NCBI RefSeq assembly: GCF_006345805.1
Contig: NC_043015.1
Span: 496,001-560,000 of the forward strand
Source of the DNA: Octopus sinensis
Taxonomy: Eukaryota
DNA length: 64,000 nt
Reading direction: 5' to 3'
Shown here: positions 26,722 to 40,341 of the stretch, piece by piece
Numbering within the stretch: position 1 is the stretch's first letter
Layout of the letters: each line of letters starts with the position of its first letter
Notes under the pieces: model-generated
Seen by the model: the letters and a program-made list of their open reading frames with translations, nothing else
Told to the model about the DNA's origin: nothing
Database searches by the model: none
Translations under genes and position numbers: made by a program

Positions 26722-27362
26722 ACAACTGTAGCATTAGCATTAGTAAATGTAGACGTCATTGTAGTAGTAATAGTAGTAGTAGTAGTAATAGCGGCAGCAA
26801 TGCTAAGTATTTTCTAAAACAATGCAACGCATTAAATCTGTATGCTATCCATTAGCGACGACAAAATATTCTTGGAAATAAATTAGGATAGCATGGCTGT
26901 TTTGCATGCATCTTCGCCTTCTGGTTTCATCTGAGTTTTAAAAAAAATAAGTATCATTTTAGTACTCACATGACACGTCACTCGTCTGTAAAAGTAACAA
27001 AACAAAAACTCCACGAAAAGTTGGCATAGAAATCAATCATCAGCTAGCATATAATAAACACGACATCATATCATACGACAAAAATAACAATAGTGCACTA
27101 ATTATTGATATCGCAATACTAAATTACTATAATGTTGTGAAGAAGGAAACTAAAAGCGAAGAAAATACACCGCTTCAGCCGTTCAATTAAATCTACTGCC
27201 ATAGTTATGAATCGTGTATGTCAGTTTAAATCGAAACGATTAAATTGTACAAAGGCAAGGTTAAGATGTGGGGGTTCACGATGTGGAAATATGTTCACCA
27301 ATTGTTTTATGTATGGCATGTATATTCGAGAAGCATGTGCAGTTTGAATTATACAAAATAAA

Positions 27363-27454
27363 TACGAGGGGAGGCTGAAAGGTTCCTGGCTTTCAGGAAA
27401 AGTAAGTACAAGAAGATGAATTATGATTTGTTTCCACATATTCCCCTATAACAT
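27363..27454 (+). mobile_element. Mariner left end (TA-CGAGGGGAGGCTGAAAGGTTCCTGG)
   Basis: Resembles mariner TIRs of the TACGAGGG..TGAAAAGTTCC type; interrupted by a SINE. Confidence 0.55.
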
Positions 27455-27468
27455 ATTTGTTATTCGGT

Positions 27469-27835
27469 GGAGGCGCAATAGCCCAGTGGTTAGGGCAGCG
27501 GACTCGCGGTCATAGGATCGCGGTTTCGATCCTATGTTTATTGAGCGAAAACACCTAAAAGTTCCACGAGGTTCCGGCAGGGGATGGTGGTGATCCCTGC
27601 TGTACTCTTTCACCACAACTTTCTCTCACTCTTACTTCCTGTTTCTGTTGTATTTCAAAGGGCCGGCCTTGTCACTCTCTGTGTCACGCTGAATATCCCC
27701 GAGAACTACGTTAAGGGTACACGTGTCTGTGGAGTGCTCAGTCACTTACACGTAAATATCACGAGCAGGCTGTTCCGTTGATTCGGATCAACCGGAACTC
27801 TCGTCGTCGTAACCGACGGAGTGCTTCCATCCATC
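27469..27835 (+). mobile_element. tRNA-derived SINE family A (octopus OR-like)
   Basis: A box TAGCCCAGTGG; 14-bp perfect TSD atttgttattcggt (27455-27468 / 27836-27849); about 18-bp deletion after the B box relative to sister copies. Confidence 0.95.
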
Positions 27836-28739
27836 ATTTGTTATTCGGTAAAAAAAAAATATTGTTTTTAGCGGCATTAATTATGAATTTTTACGTTCTG
27901 AGTTCAAATCCCACCGATGTCAACTTTACCTTTCATAATTTCGGAGTGAAAGAAAGAATTACCGGTTGATGTAATTAAGTAAATCCATTTTCTCAAAACT
28001 ATAGATCTTCTGGCATCGTGCCAGAATTAAACAAAATTTATTATCAAGAGATCATCGGTGGAAAAATGCAGGTGAATACCAAATTATTAGTATCTCCCTA
28101 CATTTTGCAATCAGTTTAATTCATACCGGTGCTATTGATTAGGTCTTTCATCATTAACGTTCGATGCAATAATTAATTGGTTTGATCACACAAACCAAGC
28201 ACATTTAGAGGATTTGGTAGAATCGCTTGAGCATATGAAAACACGGTATTTATCCCGTTTCTTTACAAATTGAACAAAAAAACGCACTCGTGGTTGACTT
28301 TGCACTTCAACCTTGGGGACGATAAAACAAATTGGCAATCAAATTGTCAATCGAAGATCTATGGTATGGACCAACGCCCTCTTTACAAAACTTCTAGCGT
28401 TATGTCAAAATCAAAATCATTCCACCACCTGTGTGGCTTGTCATAACGCAGAGAAACATAGGGTCAAATAATTCAATGTCCCCTTTTCTTTTGTAAATTC
28501 GAGGGGCAAGGTTTAACTGGTGTAAGCGCTATGTCCCTACTATCGTTTGTAGATGGGATTATTTAAATGTTTTTCATATAATTTCGATGAGAATAAAGCG
28601 TTTTTATCAAGTTCGTTATGATTGTTATAAATACAATCGTTTTCTGTATATCTAACATATGTCCATCATCATAGTTTTCTACATCAACGTTATGGTAACG
28701 TGATACTTACTCATCAAATTCTAAATTTCCTCATATTCC

Positions 28740-28786
28740 ATCGTCATCGTCATCATCATCATCGTCGTCGTCGTCGTCGTCATCAC

Positions 28787-28820
<34 letters not shown>

Positions 28821-29050
28821 GTCGTCGTCGTCGTCGTCGTCGTCATCATCATCATCGTTGTCATCATCATCATCATCAACAACATCATCTTCATTATCAT
28901 TTGAATTATCTACATCATCGTTATTGCCATCATCATCACAATCATTTTCAGAATCCAGTAGAAGTAGCAGAACTCCCAAAACATCACCATCATCATCACT
29001 GTCGTCGTCATCGTTATCATCATCATCTTCATCATCAACATCATCATCAT
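28740..29050. repeat. Compound (CAT)n/(CGT)n array
   Basis: Direct reading; explains the poly-H/R/D/S ORFs. Confidence 0.95.
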
Positions 29051-29554
29051 CATTATCGTTACCATTTTAGTCATCTTCCTTCCCTTTATAGTCATCAACA
29101 TAATCACTCTAACAGTAATATGCGATGACACACAACATCTCATCCTCCAGGTCTCAGATTATGCTTTCATCGATGTTATTAAAATATTCAGCGGACAATA
29201 TCACCTTCACTAACGCTAACATCGATAACGCAGTTATCTTTACCAATGTCACAATGTTTGGCGCCATATATATATCACGTGCATCTCATTAGGCAAACTC
29301 ATATCTCAATACAAATCCTGAAATACAGTCACACACGAATACACATGCACACACACCAGGTTGCGACCTGGGTGGAGCATTGAAGGGTTTGGTCGCACAA
29401 ATCGATTCCAACCCTTATTTTAAAACCTTGTACTAATTCATTCGGTCACTGTTTGCCGAACTGTTAAGTTACGGGCAATTAAGGAAACCAGCTATCAAGC
29501 TGTGTTGTGGTACAAACACACAGAAGGACAAACCAATATATATATGTAGAGAGT

Positions 29555-29734
29555 TCAGGAAAAAACAAAAGACGAAGACAGGTGGTGTATAAAGCAAACA
29601 TGTTTTTGTATAACACTCAGGAAAAGAAAAAGTCTTTTACGTTTCGAGCCTACGCTCTACTACAGAAAAGGGCACAGAAAAAAACAAGGAGAGAAAAAAA
29701 AGTGTGTGTAATGGTTACCGATCTATCATGGCGA

Positions 29735-29735
<1 letters not shown>
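29555..29735 (-). mobile_element. Dispersed ~185-bp element, copy 2 (hammerhead-like motif)
   Basis: Reverse complement cttt-t-ctgtagta-gagc-gtag-gctc-gaaa-cgta-aaag. Confidence 0.7.
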
Positions 29736-29802
<67 letters not shown>

Positions 29803-30124
29803 TGTGTGTCTGCGTGTGTGTTTACACACAAACATCAATTGAATTATGCAGAACTATGCTGCAGAAAATGCCCTTGTATAATGCCAACAGTATGAAACAT
29901 CTAGGTATAACGCAATAATTCTGTTTACGAACACATACCTTTAAGAGCACATCTGTTTTATTTATCATTTTGACTTTCATTCTTTCGAAGTCGATAATTT
30001 TAGTACCAGTGAAACTCTGGGGGTCAAAGTAATCGACTAGTCCCCTTCTCTGAAAAATTCAGGCGTTGAGCCTTTAGCAGAAACGATTATTATTATTATT
30101 ATTATAATTATTATTATTATTATT

Positions 30125-30617
30125 GAGTGAGAGAGCAGTTCATGCCATCAAAGTGACACTGGGGTAAAATATACGAAGCCCAATATACCCATCATGACTA
30201 CCCGTCTGATAAAGGTACACCAGGCACATGCATCACAACCATATGTGCGCGACATGGTGATCTCATATCAAGATAAACAGCACATGACCTTGCAGGTGGG
30301 GCCCAGTTAGAATTTTCTTCAGGTTGAGTAGCCCATCCCGCTCAAAAGGTCCCTGAATAAGGGTTGCTTAAGGATGTTGAAAGAACCACCCATGTTTCCA
30401 GAGGTGAACTATTCAAACCCCAAAGAATCCCTCTCAACACATGGCTATGATGCTCCCCCACTACTTCTGCTCGTGATCAGAGATGCACATATCGTCAGCC
30501 ACTAAGGGACATGCTCAACTGGTTAAGGTCAAACAACTGACAAGCAAATCTGTGGTATTGAGCAGAATATTTGCTGTAGCCCACCTTTTATACCAAGACA
30601 AAACAATGTACATGATA
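30125..30617 (-). mobile_element. 5'-truncated LINE 3' UTR inserted in (AAT)n, copy 1
   Basis: About 490 bp closely similar to 40342-40885; (ATT)n on both flanks; shared 3' end ctgctctctcactc(AAT)n. Confidence 0.85.
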
Positions 30618-30635
30618 TTATTATTATTATTATTG

Positions 30636-30688
<53 letters not shown>

Positions 30689-32110
30689 TATATTATTATC
30701 ATCATCATCATTATTTCTTTTTTTTTTTTGTAATTTCATCGCACATCCGACTTCATCAAAGAAATCTATGATCAAAAGCATTTCAGCCGTGATATATTCG
30801 TAATGTTAAAGATATCCATTACTATATTATCTAATGTCAGTAAGCAGTAAGTATGCTCTCTGTAGCGTATATTTAATGAAAGTTTATTTTCTCATGTTTC
30901 AACTGTTGAGGACTAAGAACGTTCACACCAGTTTTCTATGAAAACCACTTTTAAAAAACGAAATATTGTAATGAAATATAATGCAAATGATTAAACTGTT
31001 GATTTTATTTTCATTTCATGGTCACCATTCTCCGATTAACATTGAAACATGTTCCTTTATATATCATAAATTATACTAATAGGCGACAACAAAACACCCG
31101 GACATTTAGACGATACAAAAAAGGACAGGTCTTTCGGAGCTTCCTATCCTCAGTCGAGTTCCAGTTCGTATTTTCAGTATCGGACGGTTACACTCGAGAC
31201 TGCTCCAATCTGCCTTGCACAAAGAAAATCTAAGCTAAGGGCACTAGACTCCTTGGCAGAAAGGAAACGACAAAAAGAAGCAAACGCAGAAATGGTACAC
31301 AGTCACAAATACAAACAACAGGTCATTAACAACAGGTGTCTTTCGACTAAGGACGAATTGAATTAAGCTGGCGTGTGTGGAAGTAAAGCCTTATGGCAAG
31401 AACATAAGGGATGAAAGTCATGAGAAGGAATATAAGAGATGCTACAAGAGACCAAAAGTGTACGTACGCCGCTATATGTATATATAAAAACGTAACAGGT
31501 GACAACAAAACATCCGGACAGTTCGAATATACACACAGACACACACACAGACACACACACACGCACACACACACATTATTTAATAAAGACTGGATATGTA
31601 TTTATGAGCTATTCATAGTTTCATGTGATGAAATCAACTCTGGGGAAGGCACCAGACGTGTTATAAAATGCTGTCTGAGTTGTCTGTATCGCATGAATCT
31701 GTTAGAAGCTCATAAAAATATATAATGTATTTATTAAGTAATATTCATTTGTCACCAAATGGGGTATTTTTTCTTTTACGTTGACCTTTCTATCACGAAA
31801 TTGTACACTATGATATAATATAAACTGTGGTTTAATGAGTGATGTGACCCCATCTCTATCACAGTTGAATAGAACAGATAAACGTGAAACTCATGGATCC
31901 AATTTCTCTGCTCTTATTTTAAGTTCCTGTAATTTTCTCTGCACTGATGTGTACTATGATATTAATAAATTCTAAAATGAATTTATATCTATATACAAAA
32001 TGATTGTATGCATGAATAAACTTTTTACCACTTTTTAACATCTAACCACCTCCATTTTTGACAAATATGAATGAATTCGTAGAACTTCATTCCATTAATT
32101 GATCATACAC

Positions 32111-32144
<34 letters not shown>

Positions 32145-32177
32145 TGTATGTATGTATGTATGTATGTATGTATGTAT

Positions 32178-32640
32178 GAATGCTCTACAATCCAACTTCT
32201 CGTGCTAACATTTGGAGAAATGTAAACAAAGGCTTTGTAGCAACTGCGACCAGTTGCAAATGTGAAGGGGAGATAATCCAATCATTCAAGCATTCTCAGA
32301 AGATGATTCGTGAATATTGAAATTATTCCCTTAGAAAGAGTATTTTATAACATATTTTTTCTTTCAGTGAAGATAATTTCAATAATCAAGAATTTATCTT
32401 GAATGGGATACGAACTCAAAAATATGCATCCTGACTAAATTATATTTCAGTTTACAATCTTCCAAATGCTGTGGACACTTTTTGCATTGAATAAAATTAC
32501 AGCAATTGGCAAAAATATCTCGATTAATGGAAATATCTTCTTGTTGGTAACGAATTGTTTTTCCGTCGGAGATTCATTTAATACATCACAGATATAACTT
32601 TCATCGTCAGTATTTTCCACATTTGTACCATTCACGACTA
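32178..32640 (-). pseudogene. Possible class A GPCR-like pseudogene fragment (N-terminus to TM3)
   Basis: One frame with 4 stops: NGT/NES sequons, IFPLIEIFLPIAVILFN (TM1-like N), SGCIFLSSYPIQDKFLII (TM2-like D), SCYKAFVYISPNVSTRSWIV (Cys/TM3-like). Judged by eye only. Confidence 0.35.
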
Positions 32641-32672
32641 TGTATTATTCCTTTGGCTTATTATAATTAATA

Positions 32673-32737
<65 letters not shown>

Positions 32738-32746
32738 GATATAGAT

Positions 32747-32813
<67 letters not shown>

Positions 32814-32981
32814 TGCAGCACGGAATTTTGTCAGTGAACAAGTCACGGTCTCAAATCGACGAAAATATTATTACAAATGAAATTTAAATGTTGCAGCGAA
32901 TCTAACAGTTTTTGTCTATTTCTTAAATGGCTTAAAAGCACCTTCCACGATGCAATTGTTTATACATATATATATATATAT

Positions 32982-33278
32982 ATATTATATTAAATTAGAG
33001 ATAAAACCACTATTAGGCAAATCAAACAATGAAAAACTTAAGCCAATACATATGTGTTTTACTCATTATCTTTTATTAAACTTTTAATACTTTTGATATA
33101 TATTTAAAATAATATAAATTAATTAATTTTATGTATTGGCTTAACTTTTTCATTGTTTGATTTGCCTAATAGTGGTTTTAACTCTAATTTAATATAATAT
33201 AATATTTTACTATAAAATTGGATTCAATCCTAAATCTGATTTTTCCCTGTAAGTTTGAATTTATTCCCTAATATTTTA
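32982..33278. mobile_element. Fold-back element in (TA)n, copy 1
   Basis: 70-bp arms 32982-33051 and 33131-33200 (2 mismatches), 79-bp spacer, one-sided extension to 33278; homologous to 46783-47044. Confidence 0.85.
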
Positions 33279-33307
33279 TTATATATATATGTATGTATGA
33301 ATGCATG

Positions 33308-33343
<36 letters not shown>

Positions 33344-33405
33344 TATATATGTGTATATTTATAAGTATATATATATATACATACATACATACATACATAC
33401 ATACA

Positions 33406-33439
<34 letters not shown>

Positions 33440-34522
33440 CTTACATACATATATACATACGTGCAAACTTGTTTTGATAGTATGCAGAATAGTTAATGAA
33501 AAAACATAATTTATCCACCCATAACATATATATATAAGATTTAACTTTCATCTACCCCAAACCATTTTATTCTAAATTATGTACTTCATCACTGTTTGAC
33601 GATTTTCTTTCTACGTATTCTTTCATCTATCAATCAATCAATCTCATATTTTTGTTGGCCCATCCTTGCGTCTCACCAATTTCTCTTATTAACAAATTCG
33701 TAAACACGTATATATATATATACACATACATGCATATATTGTTCGTAAACAGAAATACGTACGTACACGTTTACAGATATACAGACACACACACACGTTG
33801 TATGTATTAGTGCGTGTATGCAGGTATTAGATCAAATAGTTTTGTGAGGGTTCGGTGGGTAGGCCAACTCACGCCTCCTCTATGTCTAAGCGTGAAATAT
33901 TGATACTATATTTAGCTGTTTTGCTTCGCTGGACATCACGTCCTTTCGCTTGTTAATCACGGCGATGTGATAAGGAGACGCTCTATTTCCACCTACACGC
34001 AAAGCTTAAAAGCTAATGTATTAATGAAAGAACCCAATCCGATTCAGCACGATAGGCCAAACGTGGGCATTCTCCTCGCTAGATATAGCAGCTAGATTTC
34101 TACTACTTTACGTCTAACCATTTTCATAAAAATGATTTTTATTGACGTACATATTTAGTATATTTTCGATATAAAAATCGGAGCAATATCATTAGGCCAT
34201 TATGACTGAGTCAGTTCTCATAGAATATCATACAAACATACCTATACACATGCTATACACAGACTGTTCACATATTTATATGCTATGGTTTAAGTTTCGA
34301 ACGAAGGAAAATCTATGAACGCATGTTTCTGCCTCATTATAAATCATCAGTATAACGTTGTATATCAAACCTCCAAATCAGTTGAGCAGAGGTCTCATTG
34401 CAGTCCATTAAACTCTCCCTCTAAAATTGCTGGCCGTACCTCAGACTTGGAACACTACTTCTATTATTATTATCATTATCATCATTATTATTATTATTGT
34501 CGTTGTTGTTGTTGTTGTTATT

Positions 34523-34922
34523 AAGCCGGCAGTTAGTACGCTACGTTCTGAAGTCAAATTCCACCGGGATCGACTTTGCTTTTCATTCTTTCATGGTCGA
34601 TAAATTAAGTACCAGTTGCGTACTGGAGTCAATATAATCGACTAGTCCCCTCCCCCAAAAAAATTCAGGCCTTGTGCGTATTGCAGAAAATATTATTAGT
34701 ATTATTAAAGCAGCGAAACAGGCAGAATCGTTAGCACACCGGAGAAAATGTTTAACGGCATTTTGTCCGTGTTTATTTTCTGAGTTCAAATGCCGACACG
34801 GTCGACTGTTATCTTCAACCTTTCGGGTCGATAAATTACGTACCTGTGAAGCAGTGGGGTTGATGCAATCGACTAGTCCCCCTCTCACACATTTCAGTTT
34901 TTGTGCCTTTACTAGAAAGGAG
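34523..34922 (+). mobile_element. Two adjacent SINE family N copies bounded by (ATT)n
   Basis: 34523-34698 and 34712-34922, both short-tail variant. Confidence 0.85.
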
Positions 34923-36319
34923 TATTATTATTATTATTATTATTATAGCGCGTTGCTCGTTAGAAATGGCATCGGCGTAAATGCCTCGCAAATTCAGTTA
35001 TGTATATTAAGTTTGCGATTCATAAAGATACCTGGGACCAAACTGATAGAAATGCTATTTGAATACGCGTTCTTGATTTTGGAAAACAGGCGTGCTGGCT
35101 CCTCTCTCTGCTCTTCTTTGCTGAGACTACACAGATCTAAGTTTCTCGGAACACCCTAGTCTCATCCTACTTCTGCTTAGGCGCTACAGAATTTCTTGTC
35201 TCTCCTCTCCTTCTACTCAACATTGTTTCCATCACAAGACGTACTAATACTGCCACTCTCAGGAATCTATTACACCAAATATCAGTTTTTAAGGATCCCC
35301 TACACAATCTAACAATTCCACGAGAGCAAGTAAATGAAAAGGAAAATACGGTAATACCTCACTTTACGAGAACCTGCTTTAAGTGATCCTCGGGTTTACG
35401 AGTTTTATTTTTCTAGCACAAGATCCAAATTTTGAATGAAGTGCAGAAGTTTCTACTACCATAACAAATGCTTCTGCATGTGACCGAGAAATTTATAGAG
35501 AGCGAAAAAGTCTTCTAAGCAAGCAAATCTAGACTTGTTTTCTTAAACAAAATTTACAAGTCCGTCTACGGGTGCTTGTGAATCGACGATCATGTCTACA
35601 AGTGGTTGTGTGCGTGAGTCTAGTGTGAGTGAAAGTGATTCAGAAAATGATAATAATAATAATGATACTTTTTATTATAAATGATCTTCACATTTTACTT
35701 TACATAAAATATTCTTTAAATTCTTCTTTACTCCTTTATGAGTATTATATGAGTGTTCGTTCTGTGAACGAATATTTATAATATTGCTACTATGGGAAAT
35801 TATTGCTCTGCTTTACCAGTTTTTGCTTTACGAGCGGTCTACGTCAACAAATTAACTCGCAACGAGAAATAAAGTGTCTTTCTCAAGGACTCAATGTTCT
35901 GACACGGAATCGAACTCTTGACGTTACGATCATAAACCGAATACCTTAGCCTCTAAGCCACGTATATAAATACGTGTGTGTGCGTGTTTGTGTGTGTGTG
36001 TGTGTATGTGTGTGCGCTTGTAAGGTGGTGTTTGTATGAATATGTGTGGAAGCCTGCGTATCTGCATGCACCGGAAGTCGCTTATTATGGTGACCTTGTG
36101 ACGAGACATTTCGCTAACAATGAGCAGATGATATCACTAAGCAATCAGCGCGGAGAGCACCAATATTGATAAAAAAACATAGTCAGTTGCTACCATTCGT
36201 AACTATAATACGATGCTGTCAATCTTTCTCTCACCCTGCCTCTGTCTGTCTGTCTCTCTCTCCCTCGCTCTGTCTGTTTGTCTTTCTCTGTTTCTGTCAC
36301 TTTACAGATACACACATAT

Positions 36320-36710
36320 GGATGGAAGCACTCCGTCGGTTACGACGACGAGGGTTCCGGTTGATCCGATCAACGGAACAGCCTGCTCGTGAAATTAACG
36401 TGTAAGTGGCTGAGCACTCCACAGACACGTGTACCCTTAACGTAGTTCTCGGGGATATTCAGCGTGACACAGAGAGTGAAAAGGCCGGCCCTTTTTGAAA
36501 TACAGGTACAACAGAAACAGGAAGTAAGAGTGAGAGAAAGTTGTGGTGAAAGAGTACAGCAGGGATCACCACCATCCCCTGCCGGAGCCCCTTGGAGCTC
36601 GTAGGGTTTTTTCCGCTCAATAAACACTCACAACGCCCGGTCTGGGAATCGAAACCGCGATCCTACGACAAGCGAGTCCGCTGCCCTAACCACTGGGCCA
36701 TTGCGCCTCC
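36320..36710 (-). mobile_element. tRNA-derived SINE family A
   Basis: Full length; 16-bp TSD acagatacacacatat (36304-36319) / acatatacacacatat (36711-36726). Confidence 0.95.
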
Positions 36711-37299
36711 ACATATACACACATATTAGAGAGACTAATATATATATATACATATACATATATGTGTATTTATACACATACACAGAATGAGAGAAAGAGA
36801 AATAGGGATGGAAGCAGAAAGTGAATAAGAAAGATGTAGAGGACGGTAATAACTACAATTTAAGTTACCGCGGTCTTTTCACCTCATACAACAATACTGA
36901 CATGGTTCACAGACACTGCTCTCTCGTTTTCTTTGGTCATTTATTTTGTTCAATATTTTGTGATAAGTAAATAGAAGGGCATCACCGTGTCGTTATTAAT
37001 GTAGACCATTAAGGGTGCAGTGCTGTTCACATGCCCTTTGATATGATCAGCGCCCTCCCTTTTTTTTAAAAAAAGGAAAAAAATTGTTGATGCGAAGATA
37101 TCCCGTACCTGTATTATGGCAATTAAACTTTGTCCACCTTCATATCACTTATACATCTTCATTTGTTTCGGGTTGTTGGGGGTTTTTTTCTCTCTCTCTT
37201 TTCATTTCTGAATCGATTACCGTGGAACGTTTTTACAGAAGTCTTGAGCTCCCATACAATTAAATTTTTTTTTTCTTCTCCATCTATACATAATTATAT

Positions 37300-37683
37300 G
37301 GAGGCGCAATGGCCCATTGGTTAGGGCAGCGGACTCGCGGTCGTAGGATCGCGGTTTCGATTCCCAGACCGGGCGTTGTGAGTGTTTATTGAGCGAAAAC
37401 ACCTAAAGCTTCACGAGGCTCCGACAGGGTGGTGGTGGTGATCCCTGCTGTACTCTTTCACCACAACTTTCTCTCACTCTTACTTCCTGTTTCTGTTGTA
37501 CCTGTATTTCAAAGGGCCGGCCTTGTCACTCTCTGTGTCACGCTGAATATCCCTGAGAACTACGTTAAGGGTACACGTGTCTGTGGAGTGCTCAGCCACT
37601 TACACGTTAATTTCACGAGCAGGCTGTTCCGTTGATCGGATCAACCGGAACCCTCATCGTCGTAACCGACGGAGTGCTTCCCC
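37300..37683 (+). mobile_element. tRNA-derived SINE family A
   Basis: Full length; TSD acataattatat (37288-37299 / 37684-37695). Confidence 0.95.
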
Positions 37684-38040
37684 ACATAATTATATGAGGT
37701 TAATAAAGAAGAAAAAGAACAAAAGTGAAGACAAGAAGAAAAAGAATGTAATAGTGCACGACAAATGGAAGATAACTATGAGTGAATATACGAAGGAATA
37801 ACATCGGGGATTATTGATTTGCAGAAAGATCGGAACAATGAAAAGAAATTAAAAAAAAATAATGTATTGTCGCACCAGATGAAGTCTCGTGTGAGCCTTT
37901 TCTTTATTTAGTTTTATGATAAATAATTAAAGTCGTCTACCGAAACCAGATTGAAAACCAATCTTGTCGATGGTAAAATTTACAGATCATGATATCCTAT
38001 TGGATCATAATATGATTTTTGTGTTCACTAATAAGTTGGA

Positions 38041-38381
38041 AGTGAAGGCACATGGCTCAGTAGTTAGAGCGTCGAGCTTACGATCGTGAGGTTGTGATTT
38101 CGAATCCCGGACCGGGTTGCGTGCTGTGTTCTTGAGCAAGGCACTTTATTTCACGTTGCTCCAGTTCAGTCTGCTGTAGAAATCAATTACGACGTCACTG
38201 GTGCAAAGCTGTATTGGCCTTTGCCTTTCCCTTGTATAACATTAGTGGTGTGGCGAGGGGAGGCCTGTATGCATGGGTGACTGCTGGTCTTCCATAAACA
38301 ACCTTGCCTGGACTTGTGCCTTGGGGGGTAACTTTCTAAATGCAATCCCGTGGTCTGTGTCGTGACCGAAGAGGGTCTCAG
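38041..38381 (+). mobile_element. tRNA-derived SINE, head/body type 2 with third tail
   Basis: A box TGGCTCAGTAG, central gtgttcttgagcaaggcactttatttcacgttgctccag domain; 11-bp TSD aataagttgga (38030-38040 / 38382-38392). Confidence 0.9.
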
Positions 38382-38864
38382 AATAAGTTGGAGAAACAAA
38401 AGGATGTAGAATAACGTCCTTTTCTTCCGAAAATGTGCCGGTGAAGTAACAAAGCCAGGTTCAAGATTCTGACCAAAGAGCTGGATGATAATCTGTAACT
38501 AATTATATTTTATTCCAAGGCTTTTCAGATTCTTCTCCGAGCTGATTTATATTCCAATAATATTCATTTAAAGAACTTCTTGATAGGGACACATTACGAC
38601 AGAATGTAGATTCGTTCAATATTTTTCTGTCACATGACGGGCTTGATAGTCCTCCGCGTATGTTGAATATCGAGATGTTTTCAGATTAACGGAGTATGAT
38701 GTGACTTTTTTATATTCATTTAGTTTCTCCTTTCGAAATTACGTGGAAGTCATTTATTTTTACTTGCACTTAGGTGCATTGCTTATAAAACGGACTAGGA
38801 GGTGTTTAGCATCGCTCCTCTCACGAGTAATAGAAAACAACTAAATTCTGTTAGTGATACATAT

Positions 38865-39071
38865 GAGTGGCTGTGTGGTAAGTAGCTTGCTTACGAACCA
38901 CATGGTTCCGGGTTCTGTCTCACTGCGTGGCACCTTGGGCAAGTGTCTTCTGCTATAGCCTCGGTTTGACCAAAGCCTTGTGAGTGGATTTGGTAGACGG
39001 AAACTGAAAGAAGCCCGTCGTATATATGTATATATATACATATGTATATATATACATATGTATATAATATA

Positions 39072-39142
<71 letters not shown>

Positions 39143-39743
39143 CACGAATATAAGAGAGTGTCCACTATGTGGTCGACTCTTGCGCTAAAAATAGATCCGC
39201 TATGGTCTCAACCACCAAGAATTGTTTCCAAGGAGAATTAGAACAACCATGAACGTAAACGAGCAGGACAAAAGAAAAATAACAAAAATGTAGATTAATT
39301 CTAGACAATTGTTTCGCTGTTAATGAATTATGCAATTTTACTTACATAATGTATCTGCAGCTCTTCAGTAGAATTTGTCTTGAATACAATTTACTGAACC
39401 GCACGCTAGATTTTAACATATATATTTTAACACACACACACAGACACACACAAACACACACACACACGCATATATATATATGTATGTATGTATGTATTTG
39501 TGTGTGTATGTGTGTGTGCTTGTGTGTCTGTGTTTGTCTCCCCAGCATCGCTTCACAACCGATGCTGGTGAGTTTACATCCCCGTAACTTAGCGGTTCAG
39601 CAAAAAACAGCGATAGAATAAGTACTAGGCTTACAAAGAGTAAGTCCGAGGGTGGGGGCGATTTGCTCAAACTAAAGGCGGTGCTCCAGCATGGCCGCAG
39701 TCAAATGACTGAAACAAGTAAAAGAGTAAAAAGAGTAAAAGAG
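38865..39743 (+). mobile_element. SINE family B split into head (38865-39025) and 3' half (39510-39743)
   Basis: About 270 bp of unrelated sequence lies within the central microsatellite. Confidence 0.75.
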
Positions 39744-40341
39744 CATATAATAATCATTAGTTCAGAGCGATATAAAACAAAAGCAAAAACGCTTTTCAAT
39801 AAAGATATAAACGCGTGGGGAAAGGCCTAAATGATTAAAAGCGAACAATGCTTGATCGGACTTTATTTTATTGACAGTCGGAAAGATGTTCGACCTAAAT
39901 AAACTTATTGAAAATGGTTTTTGGTTATGACCATGGCGTCAATGACCGAGCAGAGAATGCTTTTTGAGGTTCGCACCTGCTGACAAACTTTCGAGACATG
40001 AAAATTTTGCCGATCATCGAGTCGAAGCTTTGTATGTTTTATTGAAAGAAAATATTTATCAACTTTCAGAAATGACGCACAAAGTCAATGTAGCTGTGAG
40101 ATAATTAAATATTTCAACGTCTTCTATCGTTTCTCTCATATTATTGTTGATATTCATCGGTCATACACCACCAGTGACAACAACAACCACAAACCAAACA
40201 TAGAATGATTATAATACTAGTTATAATTCTGTGAGAAAACCAGACAGTTTTGTGTAGTTATTCTGCATCATATGATTAGTTTATGAAACCCCGGAGGCTA
40301 ATAATAATAATAATAATAATAATAATGATAATAATAATAAT

